A stretch of 64,000 nt of DNA from Patescibacteria group bacterium. Lineage in GTDB: Bacteria; Patescibacteriota; Patescibacteriia; Patescibacteriales; BM507. The translations under genes and the position numbers were made by a program. The notes beneath the pieces were generated by a model, which was not told the DNA's origin, did no database searches, and saw only the letters and a list, made by a program, of their open reading frames with translations. Numbering within the stretch: the first letter of the stretch is position 1; each line of letters starts with the position of its first letter. Where the stretch lies: assembly GCA_027858235.1 (NCBI GenBank), contig JAQIDC010000028.1, forward strand, positions 11,184 through 75,183. Reading direction: 5' to 3'. Below are positions 38,671 through 49,475 of this stretch, piece by piece.

Positions 38671-41600
38671 ATGGAAATTAATCAAAGAATTGAAGCTGAA
38701 TTAGAAAAAGCTCTTGAAAAAGAAAAAAAATCTTTTTTTGGTTTTTTTATTACAAATTACAGATTTACTTACCTGGTTTTATTGATTATTTTTGTTTTCG
38801 GTTTTTTTGCTGTATCAACTCTCCCAAGGGAGGCAAACCCAGAAATAAAAGTACCCTACGCCCTTGTCTCAATAGTATTTCCTGGAGCAAATCCATCTGA
38901 TGTTGAGGACTCCGTTACCAACAAAGTTGAAAAAGAAATTAAGAATCTTGATAACCTAAAAAGATACACCTCTGGATCAGCCCTCGGTTTTTCTAGTATC
39001 TTTGTAGAATTTGAAGCTGAGGCTGATATAGAAACAAGTATTGCCGACCTAAAAGATGCCGTTGACCTAGCTAAGCCTGAGCTCCCAAGTGATGCAAGTG
39101 ATCCAGTTGTTTCCGAAATAAATTTTTCTGATTTCCCTATTGTTACATATTCTCTAGTTGGTGATTTTTCTGACGTTGAGCTACATAAAATAGCTGGATT
39201 TTTGGAAGACGAATTTGAAACTATCAAAAATGTTTCTCGTGTCGATATTCTAGGAGATATTGAAAGAGAATTCCAAATAATTGTAAAAAAAGACGACCTA
39301 AGTAAATACAATCTTTCTATTGGAAGGATAGCAAACACAATTTCCCTAAACAATTTTAACCTTCCAAGTGGAGATATTGAAATTGATAATTTTAATTATA
39401 ATATTAGAGTAAAGGGACGTTTTGAAAACATTGATGATTTAAGTAACATTGTCGTTGCCAGTATTTCTGAAACTCCCATTTATTTGCGTGACGTTGCTAC
39501 TGTAATAGACACTTTTAAAGAAAAAACAACCGAATCAAGAATTGGGTTTTCTGGAACAAGCCCAAAAAACACCATATCTCTACAAATTTATAAAAAAACG
39601 GGAGGTAATATTCTAGACATTGTTGATGAGTCACAATACAAAATATCAATGTTGCAAGAAGACAATCGTCTTCCAGAAAATCTTCTTATTCAAAAGACAA
39701 ATGATAACGCCGTTTTTATAAAAGAAGATTTAAAGACTCTCGGGACAAGTGCTCTCCAGACAATGTTTTTAATCCTTGTTATTCTAATGATGGTTCTTAG
39801 TTTTCGGGGTTCCCTAATCACAGCGATGTCTATTCCTCTCGCTTTTTTAATAACTTTTATTATTATAAAACTTCAAGGTGGAACTATAAATAGCCTTGCT
39901 CTCTTTGCCCTGGTTATTTCTCTGGGACTAATGGTTGATAACTCAATTATTATTATTGAAGGAATTGCTGAATATAGTTCCAAGCACAAGAAAAATGCCT
40001 GTCACTCATCTCTTCTTTCTGTTTGGAATTATAAAAAACCAATCATTTCAGGAACTCTCACAACTGTTTCAGCTTTTCTCCCAATGCTTTTGGTTTCTGG
40101 AATTATGGGTGAATTTATCCAAGTTCTCCCAAAAACAATCACGGCCGCCCTTCTTTCCTCTCTTTTTGTGTCACTCGTTCTAATACCGACACTAAGTTCT
40201 AGATTTCTAAAAATTGAAAGATCTAAAGACGGAGACAGTCTAAGAAACAAAAAAAGACATCTCTGGGTTGAGGCAAGAATGAATAGAATAAAAAACCTTT
40301 ATTCCAACTATCTTAATTCAGTCCTTCCAAGTAAGAAAAAAAGAAGAAGACTACTGGCTAGCGTCTGGATTCTCTTTGTGATTAGTCTCTTGGTTCCTAT
40401 TTTTGGAATGCTTAGAGTTGAAATGTTCCCACCGATTGATAATGACTATTTCGTTGTTAACATCAAGCTCCCTGCTGGCTCTGCCCTCGATATCACAAAG
40501 AACGTTGCTAGTAATATAGAAAAAATAATAAATGAAATTCCTGAGCTTGATAATTATGTTACAAACCTTGGAACAAGCGCTTCTATCGGGATGACTGAAG
40601 GAGCAAGCTCTGGTGCTAGCTCAAACAACTCCCATCTAGCTTCAATCACAGTTAACTTAACTGACAAAGATAAAAGGAAAAAGAAAAGTTTTGACATATC
40701 TTCCGGAGTTCGAGAAGAAATAAAAGATATTAGAGAGGCTGAAGTGACTGTTGAGGAAATAGGAGCAGGACCTCCTACGGGTGCACCGATTGAAGTCCGT
40801 ATTTCCGGTAATAAATTCAAGGAACTAATCGCGCTTGGTGATGAAGTCAAGTCAGTTTTAAGCGGAATAGGCGGGACAATAAATGTTGTAGATAATGTTT
40901 CTGATTCAAGTGGAGATTTTGTATTTTCCATAGATAGACAAAAGGCAAGTTTTTACGGTCTAACAACAGTTGATGTTGCCAATGCGATGAGAAATGCAAT
41001 TTTTGGAAAAGAAGCTTCTTTAATCACTATCGATTCAGAGGATGTTTATATCACTATAAAATATGCTGAAAATGATTTTAAAGATATTGAAGATTTGAAA
41101 AACATTTTAATATTTAACCAAAAAGGAGAATCAATAAGATTGAGCCAGGTTGCTGATGTTAGTCTTGAACCTTCTGTCTTAAGTATCAACCATTTGGATG
41201 GTGATCAAGTTGTAACCATAAATGCCTCTTTAGTTGAAGGGGGTGATTTACAAAAAATACTAACTGAATTTGATGAGAAGCAAAAAAATATAGAATTGCC
41301 TGAAGGATTCAGCATTAAAGTCGGAGGAGAAGTTGAAGACATTGAACAATCTTTTAGAGAAATATTTTATTCAATGATTTTGGCTGTCATTCTCATTGCC
41401 TTTATTTTAGTATTACAATTTAATTCCTTTAGACAACCATTAATTATTCTCCTTTCTTTACCGTTGGCAATAATTGGAGTAATTTTTGGTCTTCTTATTC
41501 TTGGTCTTCCCTTCTCATTCACAGCCTTTTTGGGAATTGTTGCCCTATCAGGGATTGTTGTTAATGATGCTATTGTTTTGATTGATAAAATTAATAAAAA

Positions 41601-41832
41601 TATAAACCATGGGATGGAAATGATTCCTGCCATAATTGAAGGCGGGCAAGCAAGAATGCAACCAATACTTCTAACTACTCTAACTACAGTAGCTGGTGTT
41701 TTTCCTCTTATTTTTGCTTCTGAGCTTTGGATTGGTCTCAGCGTTGCTGTTATTTTTGGCCTCAGTTTTGGCTCACTTCTCACGCTAGTTGTTATACCAA
41801 TTCTCTACCAAGGACTTACTGATAAGAAATAA
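38671..41832 (+). CDS. RND-family efflux permease (AcrB-like)
   Basis: 1053 aa with a 12-TM architecture and two large periplasmic loops. Start is translationally coupled to the adaptor gene. Confidence 0.85.
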   Translation: MEINQRIEAELEKALEKEKKSFFGFFITNYRFTYLVLLIIFVFGFFAVSTLPREANPEIKVPYALVSIVFPGANPSDVEDSVTNKVEKEIKNLDNLKRYTSGSALGFSSIFVEFEAEADIETSIADLKDAVDLAKPELPSDASDPVVSEINFSDFPIVTYSLVGDFSDVELHKIAGFLEDEFETIKNVSRVDILGDIEREFQIIVKKDDLSKYNLSIGRIANTISLNNFNLPSGDIEIDNFNYNIRVKGRFENIDDLSNIVVASISETPIYLRDVATVIDTFKEKTTESRIGFSGTSPKNTISLQIYKKTGGNILDIVDESQYKISMLQEDNRLPENLLIQKTNDNAVFIKEDLKTLGTSALQTMFLILVILMMVLSFRGSLITAMSIPLAFLITFIIIKLQGGTINSLALFALVISLGLMVDNSIIIIEGIAEYSSKHKKNACHSSLLSVWNYKKPIISGTLTTVSAFLPMLLVSGIMGEFIQVLPKTITAALLSSLFVSLVLIPTLSSRFLKIERSKDGDSLRNKKRHLWVEARMNRIKNLYSNYLNSVLPSKKKRRRLLASVWILFVISLLVPIFGMLRVEMFPPIDNDYFVVNIKLPAGSALDITKNVASNIEKIINEIPELDNYVTNLGTSASIGMTEGASSGASSNNSHLASITVNLTDKDKRKKKSFDISSGVREEIKDIREAEVTVEEIGAGPPTGAPIEVRISGNKFKELIALGDEVKSVLSGIGGTINVVDNVSDSSGDFVFSIDRQKASFYGLTTVDVANAMRNAIFGKEASLITIDSEDVYITIKYAENDFKDIEDLKNILIFNQKGESIRLSQVADVSLEPSVLSINHLDGDQVVTINASLVEGGDLQKILTEFDEKQKNIELPEGFSIKVGGEVEDIEQSFREIFYSMILAVILIAFILVLQFNSFRQPLIILLSLPLAIIGVIFGLLILGLPFSFTAFLGIVALSGIVVNDAIVLIDKINKNINHGMEMIPAIIEGGQARMQPILLTTLTTVAGVFPLIFASELWIGLSVAVIFGLSFGSLLTLVVIPILYQGLTDKK

Positions 41833-41882
41833 ATAGGGTACTCTATAGGGTACTCTATAGGGTACTCTATAGGGTACCCTAT
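41833..41882 (+). repeat. Tandem repeat (ATAGGGTACTCT)x3 plus the palindrome ATAGGGTACCCTAT, directly after the RND stop codon
   Basis: Read directly. Confidence 0.7.
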
Positions 41883-41959
41883 TTTAAAAAGATTTCTTTC
41901 AGTGAAGTCTCTTTTTGTTTATTTCATACCTAGATGCTATAATACAGTGAAATAATAAT

Positions 41960-43069
41960 ATGGTTTTTAAATTTATTTCATTCTTTGGAATTGCAATTAT
42001 TATCTTAATAGTTAGCAATATTCCCATATATCTTGCTTTGGTTAAATTTTTTTCTATTGAGAAGAAGGCCAGCAAACATCTTTTATTCTATTCCTTGCCT
42101 CTTTTAGCGGTTTCTTTTATTTTGGCTAGTTTGTTAATCCACAAATATGACAATCTTTTTACCAAAACATTTTACTATATTAGCTCCCTCTGGATGGGAA
42201 TGATGGTTAGTCTTTTGATATTTTCCATTTTGGGTTTTATAATATATTTCTCAGCCAGCATACTAAAAATTAATGTCAATCTAAGCTACTTGGCTTATTT
42301 AATAATATTTTTATCTTTTATATGGTTTGGTTTTTCTTATCTAAATGCCAGACATCCCGTGGTAAAAAATATTGAAGTTAAAATAAAAAATCTTCCTAGT
42401 ACCTGGGAAGGGAAAACCATTGTACAATTATCCGATATTCATATTGGTATTATCCATGGAAAAAAATACATGGACTACATAGCCACCCTAGTAGATGAAA
42501 TAAATCCTGACCTTGTTCTTATTACGGGTGATTTGTTTGATGGCGCTGGCGATGATATAGAGCATAGTATTCTACCCATAAATAAAGTGGTGCCAGAATA
42601 TGGAATTTATTATATTACTGGAAACCATGAAACATATTTAGGGGTTGATAAATCACTCAATGCACTAAAAAATACTAAAATAATTCATCTTCCCTATAAG
42701 ACAGTCAATCTTGATGGTCTTCAGTTAACAGGAGTCGATTATCCAGCGCCAGGGAAAGCAATTAGCCTTGATGATATTTTTGATAAAATTGATAAAAATG
42801 TCCCCAGCATTGTCATGACACATGAACCGATTAAAATTGATTACTTCAAAAATACAGGAACCAACCTTCAGCTAGCAGGGCATACTCACCATGGCCAAAT
42901 GTTTCCTTTTAATTTCTTTACTAAAATTATCTATAGGGGATATGACTATGGTCTTTTTACTGACGGAGCTTATAATCTCTATACCACAAGTGGCGCTGGA
43001 ACATGGGGTCCTCCCTTAAGGAGTTTCGGTCCCTCAGAAATTGTTGCAATTAAAGTTACAAAGGAATAA
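41960..43069 (+). CDS. Membrane-anchored metallophosphoesterase (calcineurin-like)
   Basis: GDLFDG and GNHE motifs with N-terminal TM helices. Confidence 0.8.
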   Translation: MVFKFISFFGIAIIILIVSNIPIYLALVKFFSIEKKASKHLLFYSLPLLAVSFILASLLIHKYDNLFTKTFYYISSLWMGMMVSLLIFSILGFIIYFSASILKINVNLSYLAYLIIFLSFIWFGFSYLNARHPVVKNIEVKIKNLPSTWEGKTIVQLSDIHIGIIHGKKYMDYIATLVDEINPDLVLITGDLFDGAGDDIEHSILPINKVVPEYGIYYITGNHETYLGVDKSLNALKNTKIIHLPYKTVNLDGLQLTGVDYPAPGKAISLDDIFDKIDKNVPSIVMTHEPIKIDYFKNTGTNLQLAGHTHHGQMFPFNFFTKIIYRGYDYGLFTDGAYNLYTTSGAGTWGPPLRSFGPSEIVAIKVTKE

Positions 43070-43080
43070 TACTATCATAC

Positions 43081-43131
43081 AAAAAAACATAGAACCTCTT
43101 CTGTGCCAGCAGAAATAATTCTATGTTTTTT
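43081..43131. terminator. Bidirectional terminator (AAAAAAACATAGAA...TTCTATGTTTTTT) between convergent genes
   Basis: 12-bp stem with flanking A and T runs. Confidence 0.55.
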
Positions 43132-43135
43132 CTTG

Positions 43136-44320
43136 CTATTTTTTTTCTAATATACAAAGACTTTCGAGAAAATTTTTAACTAATTTTAAATCTTTAACAA
43201 TTTCTAATTCTTTTTCATTCAAATCATCAATATTTTTATCTAAACTTTTTACTGTTTCTTGGAACTTTTTATCCTTTTTCAATTTTTCAAACTCATCACC
43301 TACCCATAAACACCCAACAGTTTTATCAATTATTCCCCTATCAACATCGTCAACCAAAAAAGCCATTATTTTTAATTTTGTGAAGGATTTGTGATAATAT
43401 CTGTCATTTCCCAATGAATCCTGAATGTCAGCCAAATAAATTAAATCCACTATATCACTCATCCTCGAACCAACCCTCATGGAAGAATATGCCCTTGAAA
43501 CATTGTCAGAAAATGTGTGTCCTCCATGTCCATGATTTCCAGCAATCAGCGCCTCTTTCTTATAGCCCAGCAAAAAAAGAATATTATAAGACTCCTTCTC
43601 ATGTGAATGCATAAGATCTTTCAGGGAGACATCGTGGTCAATATTGTAATCTTTTTTTAATCTTTTTAATTCCCCTTTACTTGCACCATATTTTATAGGG
43701 AAAACTTGTGCTGGCCTTATTTTTTTTTCTCCCAAAATTTCCAATATTCTATTTGAACTATCTGCATAAGCAATTTTATCTGCGAAATGAAAGATATTGT
43801 ATTTTTTTAAATATTTTTTTGTAGTAAAGCAAAGTTTGTTTTTTTGTTTTTTCATTGCTTTATAAAAACGTTCTGCCCAGTCCTTGTCAGTTAAGTCGTT
43901 CCTTAAAATAAATTTGGGGATTGTCGTCTTGCCGACATCATGAAATAAACAAGCTCTATAAAAAATTTCAATATTACCGACTTCATCTTCTATTCCTTTT
44001 TTAATAATAGATCCATTCTCTAATGCATTTTCTATCTTATCCCTAGCTATCATAAATGCCCCCACGGAATGTTCATATGTCTGTTCATCAAAGAGACGAA
44101 TCATGGTCAATATTTCCCAGTCTTTTTCATTCATCTTAATCGAAGAACTAAAGAAATCCCTGCATTTTTTACTAGTTATTATTTTCTCTTCTTGAAATTT
44201 TCCATTGTAGGGAAATTTTTTAAATATCTCATCAATTTCTTTGTATTTTTTTAAAACTAAAATCTCTGACTCATTAAAACCAGCCGTTCTTGAATTTATT
44301 TTACTCAAAGATATTTCCAT
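43136..44320 (-). CDS. HD-domain phosphohydrolase (HD-GYP-like)
   Basis: H...LFHDVGK motif. Confidence 0.6.
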   Translation of the reverse strand: MEISLSKINSRTAGFNESEILVLKKYKEIDEIFKKFPYNGKFQEEKIITSKKCRDFFSSSIKMNEKDWEILTMIRLFDEQTYEHSVGAFMIARDKIENALENGSIIKKGIEDEVGNIEIFYRACLFHDVGKTTIPKFILRNDLTDKDWAERFYKAMKKQKNKLCFTTKKYLKKYNIFHFADKIAYADSSNRILEILGEKKIRPAQVFPIKYGASKGELKRLKKDYNIDHDVSLKDLMHSHEKESYNILFLLGYKKEALIAGNHGHGGHTFSDNVSRAYSSMRVGSRMSDIVDLIYLADIQDSLGNDRYYHKSFTKLKIMAFLVDDVDRGIIDKTVGCLWVGDEFEKLKKDKKFQETVKSLDKNIDDLNEKELEIVKDLKLVKNFLESLCILEKK

Positions 44321-44353
44321 ATATCCATTCTATAACTTTTCTTTTAAAAAATC

Positions 44354-44386
44354 AAAAAAAAGTTCTCACAATAAGAACTTTTAATG
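44354..44386. terminator. Bidirectional terminator AAAAAAAAGTTCTCACAATAAGAACTTTT
   Basis: Read directly. Confidence 0.55.
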
Positions 44387-44401
44387 AAAAACTTAGTTAT
44401 T

Positions 44402-44962
44402 TTACCTAATATTTACAAACTCAGCCACCTTTCTATCTGGGATTTCTTGATTTAACCAGACGCTTATCATGGAGCTAGATTTAAGATCGCCTAGACTTGC
44501 TTCCATTTTTTCTCTATCTTCTCCTTCTTCTGAAAATTTAGTCATTGCTATTCCAACAGGGACTGTAATGGTTTCTTGGTCAGTGCTTCGTTCTAGTAGT
44601 TTTTCCAATCTATCTGAGTCACTAACCGTAGAATCTCTACCAGGTCCTCCTCCTTCACCACCACCGCCACCTGGAATGTTTGTTGTTGATGTTAAACCAA
44701 CTGCTACTACATCTTTCTCGGTTGTTGTTTCTGTGGTATTTTCTCCTGCTTGTTTTTCAACGATAGCAATTGTAACTAAATTACCAGTTATTGATTTAAT
44801 AACACCGTCAATTTCTGCTGTTCTTTCTGGTTGTCCAAAATTTTCCAAAATAGTTCCATCGCTATCAATAACACTTCCTGCTTCTGTTGAAGTAGAAGAA
44901 GAGCAAGCCGAAAACACAAACAACAGTAGAAATAATGAAAATAATATTTTTTTATTTGGCAT
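44402..44962 (-). CDS. Lipoprotein with a Gly-rich linker; paralog of 48836..49417
   Basis: SAC lipobox, GGGGGEGGGPG tract, and a C-terminal ~55 aa alignable to the paralog (VPVGI.M....NIAEFV). Confidence 0.6.
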   Translation of the reverse strand: MPNKKILFSLFLLLFVFSACSSSTSTEAGSVIDSDGTILENFGQPERTAEIDGVIKSITGNLVTIAIVEKQAGENTTETTTEKDVVAVGLTSTTNIPGGGGGEGGGPGRDSTVSDSDRLEKLLERSTDQETITVPVGIAMTKFSEEGEDREKMEASLGDLKSSSMISVWLNQEIPDRKVAEFVNIR

Positions 44963-45044
44963 ATATTTTAGTTACAAGTTAAAAGAAATTTTAAACAATA
45001 CTATTTTACCTTTTAACTTTATACTTTTATCTTTTAACTGACCC

Positions 45045-46238
45045 TTATTCACTTCTAAGCGCGTCCACAGGATCAAGTCGGCTCGCCTTTAAAGCAGGAT
45101 AAAAACCAAAAGTTATTCCGACAAGTGCTGAAAATGAAAAACCAAGAATTGGTCCTGTAACAGAGGCAGACATTGCTAGGATGTTTAGATTTGAAATAAT
45201 TGGCACAGCGGTTTGTCCTATAATAACACCGATTAGTCCTCCAAAAGTAGAGAGAATAACTGACTCCATTAAGAATTGTCCTAAAATATCTATTTGTTTC
45301 CCTCCAATTGCTTTTGCTATTCCAATCTCTTTTGTACGCTCAGCAACAGTTACAAACATAACATTCATAATACCAATACCAGAAACAAGCAAGGTAATAG
45401 CTGCCACAAGAGTTAGAATTGTCGACATTAAACTTGCTGAATCTTGAGCTGCTCCGACCATAGAACCGGCATCCATTATACGAAAATCATCATCCTGAGA
45501 AGATCGCAGTCCATGCTCTTCCCTTAATATTTCTGTTGCCTCTTCAGTGGCCAGGGTAACATTTTCCACTGAATCAGCTTCTAATGTTAACATGATCTGT
45601 CCTCCGCTTCCCAAAATACTTGAGAGAGCTATTTTATAAGGAATGTAAATTGCTTCGTCTTTGCTTAATCTCCCAAGAGTGCTCCCTGTTTCTTTCAAGA
45701 CACCGATAACTTCCATCTTTTTTTGATTTACAGTCATCTCAGCACCAATAGCATTTTCTCCTTCTTCAAAAAAATTATCATACAAATCACTACCCAAAAT
45801 AATATACTTTTCTTTTTCTTCTTCTTCAGTAAAAAAACGTCCGCTACTTAATTCTAAATTCGATATTCCAAAGAAGTCAGCATCAACCCCGATAATAGAG
45901 TATGAGCTATCAATAGAATTGTAACTAATTGATCCATTGGACTGAATCATCCCTGTTGCCTCTCCGATATAGACAGAGCCTTCTTTTAAGGCATCTACAT
46001 CATCGATACTTAATTTTGTGCTAGCAGTAGCACCTCTTCCACCCACACCCATTACCATAACAGATTTTGCGCTAAGACCTGCAAACTGATCATCAACCGC
46101 TTGCTTTGCGCCTTCACCAATTGCGAAAACTGCAATAACGGTTGAGACTCCAATAATTATTCCTAGCATTGAAAGGAAACTTCTGGTTTTATTGGCGAGC
46201 AATGATTCGAATGCCATTTTTAATATTTCAAATTTCAT
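45045..46238 (-). CDS. ABC transporter permease, FtsX/MacB family
   Basis: 397 aa, FtsX-like. Confidence 0.8.
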   Translation of the reverse strand: MKFEILKMAFESLLANKTRSFLSMLGIIIGVSTVIAVFAIGEGAKQAVDDQFAGLSAKSVMVMGVGGRGATASTKLSIDDVDALKEGSVYIGEATGMIQSNGSISYNSIDSSYSIIGVDADFFGISNLELSSGRFFTEEEEKEKYIILGSDLYDNFFEEGENAIGAEMTVNQKKMEVIGVLKETGSTLGRLSKDEAIYIPYKIALSSILGSGGQIMLTLEADSVENVTLATEEATEILREEHGLRSSQDDDFRIMDAGSMVGAAQDSASLMSTILTLVAAITLLVSGIGIMNVMFVTVAERTKEIGIAKAIGGKQIDILGQFLMESVILSTFGGLIGVIIGQTAVPIISNLNILAMSASVTGPILGFSFSALVGITFGFYPALKASRLDPVDALRSE

Positions 46239-46242
46239 ATGC

Positions 46243-46953
46243 TTAGTAAGTAGATTTTAATTTATAATTATTATCGACAACCTTCCCATCTCGAAGATAG
46301 ATTATCCTATCAGCATATTTAGCAACCTCTGCGGTATGGGTAACCATAACAACAGTTTTTCCTCTTTCTTTGAACTTCTTAAAAATATCCATAATTTCAA
46401 TACCAGAGCTAGAATCAAGCGCTCCCGTTGGTTCATCAGCCAGTATTATCTCTGGATCATTTATCAAGGCCCTTGATATAGCAACCCTCTGCTGTTGTCC
46501 GCCTGAAAGTTCAGTTGGCTTATGTTGAATTCTTTCTCCTAAACCAACATTTTCCAAAAGCTCCTTAGCTTTTTGCATTCTTTCCGCTTTTTCCATTCCC
46601 GCGTATAGAGCAGGGAGAGCGACATTCTTTAAAGCACTTGACCTAGTGAGTAGGTTAAATTGTTGGAAAATAAATCCCATTTTTTTGTTACGAATAAAAG
46701 CTAAGGTATAATCATCTCTAACTTCTCCTATATTTTCACCATCCAAATAATATTCGCCATCAGACAGGGGGTGTAAACAACCAATAATATTCAGGAGTGT
46801 GGTTTTCCCGCCACCTGACTCACCCATCAAGGCTACAAACTCTCCAGCTTTTATTTCAAGATCTATCCCTTTTAAGACAGGAATTTCTTCTTCATTACTA
46901 AGAAAATATGATTTATGAACATTTTTTAATTGTATTGCTATTTTTTCTTTCAT
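46243..46953 (-). CDS. ABC transporter ATP-binding protein (MacB/LolD-like)
   Basis: GESGGGKTT, LSGGQQQRVAISR and ILADEPTGALD. Confidence 0.85.
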   Translation of the reverse strand: MKEKIAIQLKNVHKSYFLSNEEEIPVLKGIDLEIKAGEFVALMGESGGGKTTLLNIIGCLHPLSDGEYYLDGENIGEVRDDYTLAFIRNKKMGFIFQQFNLLTRSSALKNVALPALYAGMEKAERMQKAKELLENVGLGERIQHKPTELSGGQQQRVAISRALINDPEIILADEPTGALDSSSGIEIMDIFKKFKERGKTVVMVTHTAEVAKYADRIIYLRDGKVVDNNYKLKSTY

Positions 46954-46959
46954 ATTTCT

Positions 46960-48828
46960 TTAATATATTATCTTATCTCCGCTATTTAGACCGCTAATGA
47001 CTTCAACCTTATCTCCATCGGTAAATCCAGTTACAACAGCTTGCCACTCTTCACTTTCCATCTGAACAGAAGGTTTTCCTCCTACATTTCTAACTGAACT
47101 GACTGGGACCAATAAGACATCTTTGGTTTCAGATGTCACAAATTCTATAGTCGCTGTCATTCCTTCCCTAATTTGATTTTCACCCTTAGAGAATAAAACT
47201 CTAACCAGGTATGTTACTATCCCGTTATTGCTTGTTTCTGAAGTTAGGGAAATAAAACTAATTTCTCCTTCGAGTCTTAAATCATTTAGCGCATCAAAAT
47301 TCGCATAAGTTTTTTGACCGACTTCGAGTGTTGAAATATCTGCTTCTTCTATATTTACCTCAATAAACAGTGTATTGTTGTTTATGATAGTAGCAACCGC
47401 CTTTTTATCTGCTGTAATAATAATATCACCAGCCCCGTAATTCATCTGAACTACTTGCCCATCAATTGGTGAAGTTAAAATAGATTTATCTAATTCATAT
47501 TGTGCTTTTTCGAGAGATATTGAAGAACTTGTTAGTCTTGACCTAGCTGATGCCAATTCAGCCTCTGTTAATGGAGCAACCAAATCATCGTAATCTCTTT
47601 TTGCCTGATCTAGGGAAATTTCCCTGCTAACTAAACTGGTCTCTGCATTTCTAATATCTCTTTCGCCATCAGCTTTAGTGTTAGTCAAATCTCTCAAAGT
47701 ATCATTATAGTCAGACGAATAGTCATTTAAATTATCCTTTATATCATCGACACTTCTAATTTTTGAATTAATACTTGTTATTTTTGTATTTATATTTGTT
47801 CTATTTGAGGTAATTAGTGATATTAATGACTCTAACTGATTTTGAGAAAAATCAACACTGGTAACAGATGCATTGAGCATTATTTTCATATCATATAAAT
47901 GCTTTTCAAATTCTTCTAATGCCAAGACTGTTTGGTCAGCTGCATTGTCTATCTCATTATAATCACTTCTAATATTAACTGGGAGCACAAGGGAATTTAA
48001 TTCTATGCTTGCTGATTTTGAAGTGAGGTAACTAGTCTTTGCTTTCCCTAGAGAGACTGTATCTTTTGCCCCTAGATTATTTTCATAATCATCGTTCAAA
48101 CTTTTTTGATCAACACCTAAGATTTCATCTGAATCTGTTAACATGCTATCCAGTGAAATGTTTATTGCTTTTATCATATCGACTAAACTCTCATAAGAAT
48201 CTCTAACATCTTCACTCTCATTAATATTTGAATTATCGTCTAATCTTTCTTTTGCATCATCTACTTTTTGCTGAGCTGTGTAAATACTGTCTTCCGTATT
48301 TTGCTTAATATTTTCCAAACTAATTCTAGATTGTTCCAAGGAAATTTCAGCATTAGTTATTTTATCTTGTGCACTTGAAATTTGTTCTTTTGTTGCACCA
48401 TCCATGGTTTCATTATAGTCGGCAAGGGAAGATTGGTATGAACTCCAAGCACTTCTCAAACTAAAATCAAGACTTTCTGTTTTTACAGAGGCAATTTTAT
48501 CTCCCTTGGAGATCATGTCGCCTTCTTTGATAAAAACCTCGTCTACTTCCAAGTTGTCCCCTGAGACAGAAAAACTAAGTTCTACACCATCTTTTGCCAC
48601 AACCTGACCATCTGATTCGATTGAGACTGTTATGTCCCCTTGTTTTACGGTCCAATCTTTCTTCACTACTTCTTGTGTTTCTGAAGATGAGCCACCCTTG
48701 GGATAAAAATAATATCCACCTCCAATAATAATCAAAACAACAAACCCATAAATAACTTTTTTATTCCTCCAAAAACCAAACACTCCGCTTTGCTTTGCTT
48801 TGCTACTTTCTTCAATAATTGATGTCAT
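46960..48828 (-). CDS. HlyD/MacA-like periplasmic adaptor with an unusually long coiled coil (622 aa)
   Basis: N-terminal TM, barrel-sandwich/lipoyl-like segment, long alpha-helical region and C-terminal beta domain. Confidence 0.7.
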   Translation of the reverse strand: MTSIIEESSKAKQSGVFGFWRNKKVIYGFVVLIIIGGGYYFYPKGGSSSETQEVVKKDWTVKQGDITVSIESDGQVVAKDGVELSFSVSGDNLEVDEVFIKEGDMISKGDKIASVKTESLDFSLRSAWSSYQSSLADYNETMDGATKEQISSAQDKITNAEISLEQSRISLENIKQNTEDSIYTAQQKVDDAKERLDDNSNINESEDVRDSYESLVDMIKAINISLDSMLTDSDEILGVDQKSLNDDYENNLGAKDTVSLGKAKTSYLTSKSASIELNSLVLPVNIRSDYNEIDNAADQTVLALEEFEKHLYDMKIMLNASVTSVDFSQNQLESLISLITSNRTNINTKITSINSKIRSVDDIKDNLNDYSSDYNDTLRDLTNTKADGERDIRNAETSLVSREISLDQAKRDYDDLVAPLTEAELASARSRLTSSSISLEKAQYELDKSILTSPIDGQVVQMNYGAGDIIITADKKAVATIINNNTLFIEVNIEEADISTLEVGQKTYANFDALNDLRLEGEISFISLTSETSNNGIVTYLVRVLFSKGENQIREGMTATIEFVTSETKDVLLVPVSSVRNVGGKPSVQMESEEWQAVVTGFTDGDKVEVISGLNSGDKIIY

Positions 48829-48835
48829 ATTTTTT

Positions 48836-49417
48836 TTATCTAGTTATTAATACAAACTCAGCGATGTTTCTGTCATTAACATCTTCATTTAACCATATTT
48901 GTATCATTTTATCATTTTTAATATCTGCAATGTTCGCTTCTATCATCTCTGCTTTAATCTCACTTGATTCTGGAGCAAGCATTTGAATCCCAACTGGAAC
49001 CAATATTTTTTCTTCACCACTTGATCTGCTTTTCATCATTTCTATCATTGCGTCCTCATCTCTATCTCCTCCTCCTGAACCACCTCTTATTCCTCCACCC
49101 ATTCCTGGTATTCTTCCTCCTGTTATCCCTCCAAAAGACGCTGCCCTCTCTTCTCCATTATCATCCCCTGTTCTTTGAAATTCTCCCTCTTCTCCTTCTT
49201 GTGGTCTTTCAATTTTTAGTATTGTAACCTCGTTCCCAACTACTGACTTAACTAATCCTCTTAAATCAGCTGGTCTATCTGGTTGCCCAAAATCAGGTCT
49301 ACTCATATCACCTCTGCGAACTTGATCGCCTGATGAATCTACCGTTTTATCTGTGCACCCGGAAAGTAAAATGCTTCCAGACAACAAAAATATTGAAAGA
49401 AAAATTATTTTTTTCAT
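48836..49417 (-). CDS. Lipoprotein with a Gly-rich linker; paralog of 44402..44962
   Basis: The ORF-track start at 49474 is TTG. The ATG at 49417 gives MKKIIFLSIFLLSGSILLSGC (signal peptide plus lipobox), followed by a GMGGGIRGGSGGG tract. Confidence 0.55.
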   Translation of the reverse strand: MKKIIFLSIFLLSGSILLSGCTDKTVDSSGDQVRRGDMSRPDFGQPDRPADLRGLVKSVVGNEVTILKIERPQEGEEGEFQRTGDDNGEERAASFGGITGGRIPGMGGGIRGGSGGGDRDEDAMIEMMKSRSSGEEKILVPVGIQMLAPESSEIKAEMIEANIADIKNDKMIQIWLNEDVNDRNIAEFVLITR

Positions 49418-49475
49418 AGTTTTATTTTTTTTAAAATCAAGAGAAGCGCCAGTTGACGCCTCTTCTGATTTCAAA

